This document shows positions 29,274 to 37,834 of a DNA stretch of 64,000 bases, one piece after another (position 1 is the stretch's first letter; each line of letters opens with the position of its first letter). This stretch comes from a virus (lineage: Duplodnaviria > Caudoviricetes). Location of the stretch: positions 16,404 through 80,403 of the IMG/VR virus record IMGVR_UViG_3300009103_000014. The stretch is one strand, 5' to 3'. Under the pieces are notes generated by a model. It did not search any database, was not told the DNA's origin, and saw only the letters and a list, made by a program, of their open reading frames with translations. The translations under genes were made by a program, and so were the position numbers.

Positions 29274-29857
29274 ACATCCTTGTCAAATTTAAAATCTATA
29301 TTTCGTTTAAAATTTTGTCTAAACCAGTTTTTTCCTGGTTGTTCTAGCCTTAAGCCTTTCTTATAACAAAAGTCTAGTATTGCTTTATTTTGTTCTGTTA
29401 TCTGATGATTCATTGTAGTGTTATCTCTATACCATTCATAGCTAGGATATGTAATATCCCAACCACCTGCTTCATGCCACCATTTGTAACATTCGTCGTC
29501 TGGTCTATAACACAATACTAACTTACTATCAGGAAAAGTTTTTACTAATTCATCTAAGTAATAAGCAAAATTGTGGCTAAGAATAACTTTTACAGAATTA
29601 GGAAGACCTTTAAAACTTTGTTTAATTTCCTTTTCCCACATATCCTTTGTGCCAAATTCATAATCTAACCAATGACCGTTAAGCATCTTAGGACCATAAT
29701 AGTTTCCTTTATGGCCGCTGTATTTGTGATGTGTGTATAATTTTTTAGGATCTAATAAATCTGAGTTATCAGCATCTTCCCAAGTATCTCGTATTACTTG
29801 ACTTACGCCACTCCAACGACTTCCTGGTGCTCCTGTAAAAAATACCCAATTCTTCAT
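29255..29857 (-). CDS. P-loop / sulfotransferase-like protein
   Basis: N-terminal FFTGAPGSRWSG loop; ILSH.F....L...FPDSKLVLCYR resembles the sulfotransferase KxH...FP..K.I...R pattern. Confidence 0.6.
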   Translation of the reverse strand: MKNWVFFTGAPGSRWSGVSQVIRDTWEDADNSDLLDPKKLYTHHKYSGHKGNYYGPKMLNGHWLDYEFGTKDMWEKEIKQSFKGLPNSVKVILSHNFAYYLDELVKTFPDSKLVLCYRPDDECYKWWHEAGGWDITYPSYEWYRDNTTMNHQITEQNKAILDFCYKKGLRLEQPGKNWFRQNFKRNIDFKFDKDVWLAVC

Positions 29858-30207
29858 GTATATACACTTCCTATTATAAAGTAATCAACTATAAAAGTCA
29901 ACTCTGCTCCAATGAATAATGCTACCCAGTAGTTTCCAATCCAATCCCATAACTGCTTAATAACCCACCAAGCACACAATACTCTTATACAGTATAACAC
30001 ATTCGCATCTATGATGTCAATCCATAAAAAGGAATTAGCTGAAAAATAATTATAAAATATGATGTTATCGTATATAAAACTTAACTGGGCCATTAGAAAA
30101 ACGGCCAAGTAGTAAGGAAGATAGTTTATAGAAAACTTAACTAACGGTCCAGAGATCGCCATTCTATAAAAAACATATATCGCGTTAGCTAGTGCTAACT
30201 CAATCAT
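29854..30207 (-). CDS. Multi-TM membrane protein (candidate TctB analogue)
   Basis: 117 aa with about four hydrophobic segments, directly after tctC. Confidence 0.6.
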   Translation of the reverse strand: MIELALANAIYVFYRMAISGPLVKFSINYLPYYLAVFLMAQLSFIYDNIIFYNYFSANSFLWIDIIDANVLYCIRVLCAWWVIKQLWDWIGNYWVALFIGAELTFIVDYFIIGSVYT

Positions 30208-31350
30208 TTAATCTTTCTTTAGTAACGATTTAATCCAACCAATAATACCTTCTTTTTTGGGTTCTTCTGGTTTTTCATCTATAGTAGTTACAGGTTGATT
30301 CGCATAATGTAATAAAATTTTTGTTTTATCTACACTTGCTAAACCCAATGCTTTTGTATTAAACTCAACTAAATTTTTAAGAGCATCTGCTGTAATAAAT
30401 GTCATCAGTGTATCTCTTTGATTATCACCAGCATCACCTATTAGCCATTCATAGTTACCAACTTTAGCTGTAATAACTGCGATAGCATCTGGATCTTGTG
30501 ACATTTCTAATAATGCTTTTTGAAGTTTTGCGGCATTAGGATTTCCTTTATTAACCCACATTGCCTTTTGTAAACCATCTCTAAAAGATTTTACAAGATT
30601 ATAAGCATCATAAAATTCACCACTTGGTTTTACACCCCATCGCTCTTCAAATAAGTTTTCTAACTGATAACCAGGATAGTTAGGATCGTCTATGCGACTA
30701 CCATCTGGTTGTAGTATTCCGTGATGGAACCAAATTTCAGCATTTTCATTTCCAGCAACGTGTTTCTTATAAGCCGCAGGATTTTCTCTTGTTCCTGTTA
30801 ACTCTCCACGTTTAAATGCTAAACGTCTTTCTCCACCGCTCATACCAGCTACCCAAGTAACGTGTTCTTTAAAACAAGTTATGTATTCGTCTACAGTTTT
30901 ACCTGGTCCGCAAATTAATAGTGTCATAGCAAATGCTTCTGGCACCATTCCTGACCCTGCGGCAAAACTTGGGTTATCCATATCAGCACCTTTTAACTTC
31001 CCAGCAATAATATTAAGATTCATTAATCCAATTGACGTGTATTCACCGTAATTGTAATCAACTTCTTCTTGTAAAAATGCTACTCCGTTACCACCATGTG
31101 ATACCATAACAACTTTGTCGTCATCTCGCATCTCATTATGCCATGTATTAAAACCAGGTATATCTCTAGCACCAGGTTGATGTGATATTACAATTTTTTC
31201 ACCTAAAAAAGGTTCTAGTTGTTCAGCAATAATTGCCGCCCATTGACTAGTTCCTGCTCCTGGTTTTTGAGGTACAACAAATGTATATTCAGCGAGTGCT
31301 GAAGTACATATACCTAACGTTAATAGTATAGTTAAAAGTAATTTTCTCAT
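30208..31350 (-). CDS. tctC: Tripartite tricarboxylate transporter substrate-binding protein (TctC/Bug-like, divergent)
   Basis: Signal peptide then YTFVVPQKPGAGT...QLEPFLGEKIVISHQPGA; GGERRLAFKRGEL; near tctA. Confidence 0.75.
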   Translation of the reverse strand: MRKLLLTILLTLGICTSALAEYTFVVPQKPGAGTSQWAAIIAEQLEPFLGEKIVISHQPGARDIPGFNTWHNEMRDDDKVVMVSHGGNGVAFLQEEVDYNYGEYTSIGLMNLNIIAGKLKGADMDNPSFAAGSGMVPEAFAMTLLICGPGKTVDEYITCFKEHVTWVAGMSGGERRLAFKRGELTGTRENPAAYKKHVAGNENAEIWFHHGILQPDGSRIDDPNYPGYQLENLFEERWGVKPSGEFYDAYNLVKSFRDGLQKAMWVNKGNPNAAKLQKALLEMSQDPDAIAVITAKVGNYEWLIGDAGDNQRDTLMTFITADALKNLVEFNTKALGLASVDKTKILLHYANQPVTTIDEKPEEPKKEGIIGWIKSLLKKD

Positions 31351-31361
31351 TTTATTTTCCT

Positions 31362-31601
31362 TTATAGTTTTTTATGTAATTGAGCAACTAACTTATCTTT
31401 GGTTAGTCGTCTATCAAGCTCGATACCAGCTTTTTGTCTTCCTAATTCTTCTAATTGAACTTTAGTTAATTTAGAAAGTTCTTTTTTAGTGAGCTTTTTT
31501 TCTGTTTTAACTTTAGGCGCCACTTTTTTTACTGGCTTTTTCTTTTCTTCTGTACCAAAGAATAGCTCAGTTAAAGTAGGCCAATTTTTAAACCAACTCA
31601 T
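31362..31601 (-). CDS. Small basic protein with a Rho-N/HeH-like domain
   Basis: LSKLTKVQLEELGR..GIELDRRLTKDKLV; AAGGAG RBS. Confidence 0.7.
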   Translation of the reverse strand: MSWFKNWPTLTELFFGTEEKKKPVKKVAPKVKTEKKLTKKELSKLTKVQLEELGRQKAGIELDRRLTKDKLVAQLHKKL

Positions 31602-31738
31602 GATATTTTTTCTCCTTTAATAAATTTATTATTAAACCAATCTAGCATTACAGCTAGTCCCATAGGTATACCTATCAGTATATAAAATAATGCCATTCCT
31701 AAAAATAAAAATGGTATTAGTATTATTGCTTTAAGCAT
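31598..31738 (-). CDS. Small hydrophobic membrane protein (46 aa)
   Basis: Not in the ORF track. MLKAIILIPFLFLGMALFYILIGIPMGLAVMLDWFNNKFIKGEKIS; overlaps the tctA stop and the next ATG (ATGA). Confidence 0.6.
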   Translation of the reverse strand: MLKAIILIPFLFLGMALFYILIGIPMGLAVMLDWFNNKFIKGEKIS

Positions 31739-33170
31739 ACTCTAATTTACTCCTTCTTGTAACTCCCCATCCAAATAAAATAATTATAGCTAATACTAAT
31801 ATTAAGAAGATTGGTCTAGTAAGTAAACTATCTACTGTATAAAGTTTAGTTAGCTGTATTGTTAATGCTTCAACTCTATCAGCTAGAATAAATGCCATTA
31901 ACAAAGCAGGTCTACTAAACTTGTATTTCTTTGCTAGTACTCCTAACAAAGAACAAATACCAAGTATAGCATAATCTTCCCAACCACCTGTATATTGAAC
32001 ACAGGCCCAAACTATAAAAACTATTAGTACTGGGAAATAATATTTATAAGGAACGTAGGTGATGAGGGCTATATAACGGTTGAACAAAATACATACTATT
32101 CCAACAATTACAGTTGCCCACATAAACCCAAATGTTAAACTGTCAAAAAATCTTGTATCACTAGCAAGATCAGGAACACCTAATTCAAAACCCAAATACA
32201 TAAACAACGCCATTAACACCGCGGCAAAACTTGCCCCAGGAATTCCAAATAATACTGTTGGAATCATTGATGTTGCTTTTTGAGAATTATTAGCACCTTC
32301 AGGTCCTATAACTCCTCTAATATTTCCATTACCAAATTCTTCATTAGGATTTGATGCTACTGTTGAACCATATGCCATCCAATCTGCCATAGCACCGCCT
32401 ATACCTGGAAGGAATCCTATAAAGGCTCCAATGGCTCCACCTCGTAAGGCATCCCATTTATATTTCCAAACTGCTTTAATACCTTCCCAAGTTTGTTTAC
32501 TATGTGTATGGTCTCTTATTTTTGCTATTGATTTACCTTTCCGCCAGCCATCTAAAATTTCTGGGAAGGCAAACAAACCAGCAACAAATGGTAAAAGTTG
32601 AATACTATCTGCTAGATAATCCCAACCAAATGTAAACCTATCAACGTTAGTAGCTGGGTCTACTCCTATAAGTCCTATAAAAATTCCTACAGCGATTGCT
32701 ATTAAACTTCTAAACCAAAATCTATTACTAACAAATCCTACACAGGCTAAACTTAACATTATAAAAGCCCAGAGTTCTGGTATTCCAAGATACATTATAA
32801 GTTTCGCATACCATGGTAATAAAGCAAAAGTAAGTGTACCCCATAATAAACCGTTTATTGTTGATGTTGTAATTGCTGAAGTTAAGGCGTATGTGGCTTT
32901 ACCTTGTTTTGCTAAAGGATAACCATCTACCATTGTAGCCGCGGCTGAATTGGCTCCTGGTATCCCTAATAATATTCCGCTGTATGTGTCGCCTGTTGTA
33001 CTGGCGGCTACTACAGCCATACAAAATATTACGCCTAAATAAGGATCAAATCCAAAATAACCTATAAAGCCAAACAAAGCTACAAGTCCTGTTGTAGCTC
33101 CAGCCGCCGGTATTAATCCTATGATTAATCCGTAAAATGTTCCTGCTAATAATGTTAATATGGCATCCAT
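31731..33170 (-). CDS. tctA: Tripartite tricarboxylate transporter large permease TctA
   Basis: GLIPAAG, ILLGIPG..SAAATMVDGYPLAKQG, GFLPGIGG, GVIGPEGANNS and LFGIPG; many TM segments. Confidence 0.9.
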   Translation of the reverse strand: MDAILTLLAGTFYGLIIGLIPAAGATTGLVALFGFIGYFGFDPYLGVIFCMAVVAASTTGDTYSGILLGIPGANSAAATMVDGYPLAKQGKATYALTSAITTSTINGLLWGTLTFALLPWYAKLIMYLGIPELWAFIMLSLACVGFVSNRFWFRSLIAIAVGIFIGLIGVDPATNVDRFTFGWDYLADSIQLLPFVAGLFAFPEILDGWRKGKSIAKIRDHTHSKQTWEGIKAVWKYKWDALRGGAIGAFIGFLPGIGGAMADWMAYGSTVASNPNEEFGNGNIRGVIGPEGANNSQKATSMIPTVLFGIPGASFAAVLMALFMYLGFELGVPDLASDTRFFDSLTFGFMWATVIVGIVCILFNRYIALITYVPYKYYFPVLIVFIVWACVQYTGGWEDYAILGICSLLGVLAKKYKFSRPALLMAFILADRVEALTIQLTKLYTVDSLLTRPIFLILVLAIIILFGWGVTRRSKLEYA

Positions 33171-33203
33171 GTGAATTCTTTATGTTAATACGTTACTATT
33201 AAT

Positions 33204-33209
33204 TATTTA
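33204..33209 (-). promoter_or_regulatory. Late promoter core (TAAATA) upstream of tctA
   Basis: TAAATA in the intergenic gap 33171-33239. Confidence 0.5.
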
Positions 33210-33239
33210 GAAAATGTATGCCCTTGATTATTACTGAGC

Positions 33240-33728
33240 CTATTCTTCTTTTTGATGTTTTCCTAGTATCTCAATAATTTCCCAACTACCATCAGCATAA
33301 TGATGTATTTGAGCATCAACCAGATCACACATAAATTGTAAACTCTCGCCTTCTATTTTATAAGTGATGCCATTGATTTCTATAGAATCAGTTGAGGCTT
33401 GTTTGTTGCGCCATTTCTTTTCAACTTCTCTTTTAGTTTTTAAACAATCACTCATGCTGTCAGCACCTTTGTGATCTACTAATGTTCCATCAGCAAATAC
33501 ACATACGGCAAAAACAACTTCTGGATCTGGTGCTGTTGATTGCTCTAGTTTTTCTTCATGCTTGTGATCATGAAAAATACCTATAACATGATCATGGTCT
33601 TGACTTGATTCGTGAGTATGGTTTGGATCTTCTATACATACTCCGTGGCCTTCTTCGCCACAGCCTGTACAAGCGGCATATACGTTAAATGTAAACAATA
33701 GCGTAAATAAAAATATTAAATATCTCAT
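33240..33728 (-). CDS. Secreted His-rich protein; C-terminal domain paralogous to 34797..35108
   Basis: Signal peptide, CTGC, His-rich stretch and SMSDCLKTKREVEK motif. Confidence 0.7.
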   Translation of the reverse strand: MRYLIFLFTLLFTFNVYAACTGCGEEGHGVCIEDPNHTHESSQDHDHVIGIFHDHKHEEKLEQSTAPDPEVVFAVCVFADGTLVDHKGADSMSDCLKTKREVEKKWRNKQASTDSIEINGITYKIEGESLQFMCDLVDAQIHHYADGSWEIIEILGKHQKEE

Positions 33729-33737
33729 TTTGTTCTC

Positions 33738-34787
33738 CTATCTAAAAGGTGGAACATATAATATACCACCATTGTTCCATAAATTATTTAATCCTCTGTC
33801 TATAGCAAGAGGTGTGTTTGGTCCTACGTTTCTTTCGTAAGATTCTCCGTAGTTTCCTACTTGTTTAATAATATTATATCCAAATTTCATTCCAAGTCCT
33901 AACATAGGACCCATATACCCATCTTCACCTAAAAGTCTTAAAACTTCTTTTGATTTAGATGTTAACATTTCGTCAACGTTGTCAGATGTGATTCCTAATT
34001 CTTCAGCACTAATCATAGCAAACATACTCCATCTAACTATATCTTCCCATTCTTGATCACCTTGTCTTACAAGTGGACCTAAAGGTTCTTTAGATATAAT
34101 TTCTGGTAACACAACCCAATCGCTTGGATTATCTGCTCCAGCTCTTGCTGATGCTAACCCAGAAGCGTCTGTTGTAAATACATCACATTCGCCAGCAAAT
34201 AATTTTGCCTTAGCGTCTTTATTACCTTCAACTGGTATTTCTTTATATTGCATACCATTCTCTGTGAAGTAATCATTTAAGTTTAGTTCTGACGTTGTTT
34301 CTTTTGTAATACAAACAAAAGCACCGTTTAATTGTGTAGCACTTGTAATCTCTAATGACGCTGGCACCATAAAGCCTTGACCATCATAAAAATTAACACC
34401 AGCAAATTCAAACATTAAATTAACATCTCTGCTAATTGTCCATGTAGTATTTCTTGCTAGTAAATCAATCTCTCTAGATGCTAATGTAGGAAATCTCTGA
34501 GCGGCATTTAAACCAACATATTCTGTTTTAGTAGCATCTCCAAATATTGCGGCCGCAACTGCTCTACACATATCAACATCTAAACCACTCCAATTACCTT
34601 CTTCATCTTGAGCAGAAAAACCAGGTAGTCCTGCGTTAACTCCGCAGATAACATATCCTCGTTCTTTTACAGTTTTTAATAAGCTAATTTGTTCTGGTTG
34701 GTATACTTGTATTTTATCTGGTGTGCTACATCCTATTAGTAAACTACTTAATAATAATGTAGCAATAGTCATTAATAATTTTTTCAT
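33738..34787 (-). CDS. aapJ: General L-amino acid ABC transporter substrate-binding protein (AapJ/BztA type), lipoprotein
   Basis: CGVNAGLPGFS, DVDMCRAVAAA, RNTTWT.SRD, ISKEPLGP.VRQGD, VGNYGE.YERN and RGLNNLW..GGILY.PPFR; lipobox LIGC. Confidence 0.92.
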   Translation of the reverse strand: MKKLLMTIATLLLSSLLIGCSTPDKIQVYQPEQISLLKTVKERGYVICGVNAGLPGFSAQDEEGNWSGLDVDMCRAVAAAIFGDATKTEYVGLNAAQRFPTLASREIDLLARNTTWTISRDVNLMFEFAGVNFYDGQGFMVPASLEITSATQLNGAFVCITKETTSELNLNDYFTENGMQYKEIPVEGNKDAKAKLFAGECDVFTTDASGLASARAGADNPSDWVVLPEIISKEPLGPLVRQGDQEWEDIVRWSMFAMISAEELGITSDNVDEMLTSKSKEVLRLLGEDGYMGPMLGLGMKFGYNIIKQVGNYGESYERNVGPNTPLAIDRGLNNLWNNGGILYVPPFR

Positions 34788-34796
34788 TGATACTTC

Positions 34797-35108
34797 CTAT
34801 GGCTTTGTTAATACTTTTAATCCGGACTTTTCCTGTTTTTTCTTAGTTGTTAATGACGTAGCGTTTGTACCACCTAATTTTAAACTACCAGAAGTATCTG
34901 GCATTTTATTATGAATAGTAACTATATTACCGTCGGCATCTAGTTCTGCCATTGATGGTCCACAAATTGCTTTTCGACCATCTTTTGCTTTTGTTATTTC
35001 TCTTTTGTCTTTCATACATTCCATTAAACTGTCATAAGGAACAAAATGACTCGATGTATTACTTACAATAAACATAGTAATAATTGTTACGAGTGTTGTT
35101 GCTGTCAT
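34797..35108 (-). CDS. Small membrane-anchored or secreted protein
   Basis: N-terminal hydrophobic segment; SLMECMKDKREITK...AIC. Confidence 0.7.
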   Translation of the reverse strand: MTATTLVTIITMFIVSNTSSHFVPYDSLMECMKDKREITKAKDGRKAICGPSMAELDADGNIVTIHNKMPDTSGSLKLGGTNATSLTTKKKQEKSGLKVLTKP

Positions 35109-35117
35109 TTTCTTATC

Positions 35118-35582
35118 CTAGTTGTTGGAACTAACGTGACCGTTACCTTCTCTAATTTTGTCTTTTAATTTTTCTATATCTTGTAAGACTTTTTCCATGT
35201 CAGTTTGTAACCTCTCGATATTTACTTTATTATTCATCATACCTTCGAGTTGTTTTTGTATAGACTCTACTTGTCCGCTCAAAAATTCAATCAACATGAA
35301 TTGCTCACTATCAGCCGGTGGAGAACCTAAATCTCCCCTTGGCCATTTTATTCTAAATTCATTATTTTGGGCTATATCGCCTTTTACTAAACTTTCAACA
35401 GCACCATCGATTCTTTCTACTTCAGATTTAATATCTTCTTGTATTAGAATAATTTGTGTTTCAGATTTGTTTAGTCTTTCAACTATACCAAAATATGCCC
35501 ACACACCTAATCCTACAGCAATGACTATAGAAATTAAATTCCGCATTGGCATCGCTACAGATGTGTCGCTCGATACTTTCAT
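35118..35582 (-). CDS. Single-TM coiled-coil protein
   Basis: MPMRNLISIVIAVGLGVWAYFGIVERLN followed by a coiled coil. Confidence 0.75.
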   Translation of the reverse strand: MKVSSDTSVAMPMRNLISIVIAVGLGVWAYFGIVERLNKSETQIILIQEDIKSEVERIDGAVESLVKGDIAQNNEFRIKWPRGDLGSPPADSEQFMLIEFLSGQVESIQKQLEGMMNNKVNIERLQTDMEKVLQDIEKLKDKIREGNGHVSSNN

Positions 35583-35599
35583 TACTACTTCCTCTCGAA

Positions 35600-37819
35600 T
35601 TAACTGTTTCTTTTATGTATTGACCTCGGTGTTGTTTGATGTTCACTAGTTTTAGGTCTTAATGCTTTATTAGATGACATAACACCTGCTAACTTTTTCA
35701 TATGATTTAAAGATTCATCTGTGTCTTCTTCATCTTCTAATTCATCTTCTACTTTATCAGCAAGTTCATCCGCCATTGCTTTTTTAAGAACTTCTTCTGG
35801 GTTTTTTGATTCATTAATATCTACACCAAAAGGAGCATCACCAAAGAAATCTTCTAGTCTGCTTTGAACAATGTATCTAACGTCAAGTACATCTCCGCCA
35901 TCTTCTGCTTCACCTAGGCTATCTAATAACTCATCATCAAATACAAAACCAGTTACCATGTTAGTTGTTTCTTCGCCTGGTGGACGAGGTTTAGACATAA
36001 ACTCTTTGTATCTCGCTACAGCGTCTTCATGTTCGCCTTCTGGTTGACCATCATATTTCATTAGTCCGCCAATCATAGTGCCTTCAGCAACTTTTTTTGC
36101 TTCAATTTCTTCAACTGCCGCCTCTGCCTCAATTGGTAATTCTTTTGTTTCACCAACAACGCCTACCATTTTATTTAAAATTTCATTATGTGGTTCTTCA
36201 AAGCCAGCCTTCGCGGCTTTTTTCAACCAAGCTATAATTGTAGGACGGGTATCTTCTTGTTCGCCTTGGTCTTTCCCAACAGCATATAGATCATCAAATA
36301 ATTGATCATCACCAAATATTTCACCAATTTCATCTGTTGCGGCTTGACCTTCTTCACCTGCGAAAACAGGTGTTGACATAATTTCTTTAAACCTTGCTAC
36401 GTCTTGATCACTTGATGGTAAATGCCATGTTCCTTCTTTTACAACTGAATCTGTCCATTTTTGAAATTCATCAACAGGTTCTTTAAGTTTAAATTTAGGA
36501 TCGAAGTCTTGTACTTCTACATCACCTTTAAGCCATTTACTAGCAACTGCTGTCATTAATTTAGCATCATGCTTATTTTCAAAACTATCATCTAAATTAA
36601 AAATAGCTCTTGCTAAATCATCATTTTTTGTACGAACTGATATTGTAGTTAAAATTCTTCTTACTAAAGCCTGTAAAGGATTCTCAGCATGATCTAAACC
36701 TTGTGAATCGTTTGGCTTTTTAAACTTATTAGCTTTAACAAAGGCAAGTTGCTTTTTAATTAAAGCATCTTCTTCTTCATTAGGCGTAACAACAATTTTT
36801 TCTTTGCCTTGAATTATATCATGTAATGGTCCCATATCTTCTTGTACTTTCTTTCTTGCTTTAAGTACTGTAGGTAATAAACTTTCTAATTCTGTTTGAT
36901 CAACATTTCTTACTAACTTACCTTTTAATTCATTAATGTCTGATTCATCATATGTTGATTCTGTTGGTTTAAAGTTTTCAGCATACAATCTATATCCTTT
37001 TGGTCTACTAAGAGTTGTTATTGTTTCTCGTAAACCTTGATAACGTTTTTTAGCATCTAAAATAATATTAGCAGAATCTTCATCAACAAACCCGTCAGCA
37101 CGGTTTAATTTGCGAACAAACTGTTTTAGCTCACGCATCTCTTTTATACATTCAATAATGTGTGTTCCTAATTCATCATGTGGATTGCCTCCAGCGTTGA
37201 TGTGTCTTGCCATTGCTCTAGCACCTGGTAAGTACCTGTAAGGAAATTTAAATCTTTCTTTTGAACTATTTTCAATAAAGATTGCTTGTATTTGTCTACT
37301 TCTAGAACCCATTTTATCTTCATCTACTGCGGTTCTATGTTTTACTATAATTTTTGCTGATTCAACTGTTTGGTAACTTGTTTTAGTTGATCCCCATAAT
37401 TTGCTGACTGATTCCATGGTTATCTCATCCGTTGTGTATTGAGAACTATTTTTAGTAATAGCCTCATAATCTCGTTTATCTAACTGATTTTTACCAATGT
37501 TTCTTACATCAAAATTCATCATATTTCTTTTAGCAAATTGTCTCATTTCTTTTAAAAATTTAAACCAACTATTTTGTATTGAGTCGGGTAAATCACCACT
37601 TAAACTTTCAGCAAAATAAATTGTAAAATTAGCTGGGTCAATAATACTAATTGTTACAGGTCCGTACTTTTGTCCCTCGACAATGTAGTTAAAGTCAAAT
37701 AATCTAGCTTGTTCTGACTCTAATACAGCACCTGCTGAACTATCAGCTATGTTTACTTCGCCGAATTTACTGGCTAAATTTTGATATAATGTATCAGCAA
37801 TCTTATTAATCAGTTCCAT
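35600..37819 (-). CDS. Large acidic protein, probable prohead-core/head-internal protein
   Basis: 739 aa directly downstream of the terminase; own TAAATA; internal duplication; KKLAGV near the C-terminus. Confidence 0.65.
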   Translation of the reverse strand: MELINKIADTLYQNLASKFGEVNIADSSAGAVLESEQARLFDFNYIVEGQKYGPVTISIIDPANFTIYFAESLSGDLPDSIQNSWFKFLKEMRQFAKRNMMNFDVRNIGKNQLDKRDYEAITKNSSQYTTDEITMESVSKLWGSTKTSYQTVESAKIIVKHRTAVDEDKMGSRSRQIQAIFIENSSKERFKFPYRYLPGARAMARHINAGGNPHDELGTHIIECIKEMRELKQFVRKLNRADGFVDEDSANIILDAKKRYQGLRETITTLSRPKGYRLYAENFKPTESTYDESDINELKGKLVRNVDQTELESLLPTVLKARKKVQEDMGPLHDIIQGKEKIVVTPNEEEDALIKKQLAFVKANKFKKPNDSQGLDHAENPLQALVRRILTTISVRTKNDDLARAIFNLDDSFENKHDAKLMTAVASKWLKGDVEVQDFDPKFKLKEPVDEFQKWTDSVVKEGTWHLPSSDQDVARFKEIMSTPVFAGEEGQAATDEIGEIFGDDQLFDDLYAVGKDQGEQEDTRPTIIAWLKKAAKAGFEEPHNEILNKMVGVVGETKELPIEAEAAVEEIEAKKVAEGTMIGGLMKYDGQPEGEHEDAVARYKEFMSKPRPPGEETTNMVTGFVFDDELLDSLGEAEDGGDVLDVRYIVQSRLEDFFGDAPFGVDINESKNPEEVLKKAMADELADKVEDELEDEEDTDESLNHMKKLAGVMSSNKALRPKTSEHQTTPRSIHKRNS

Positions 37820-37834
37820 ATTTTTATTTATCCA

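Noticed and set aside
28060-34787. Host chromosomal contamination or prophage boundary at the transporter genes
   Set aside because: The genes are tightly coupled with phage-type small ORFs, have similar base composition, and are flanked by gp32 and terminase-region genes; no att site or integrase is visible
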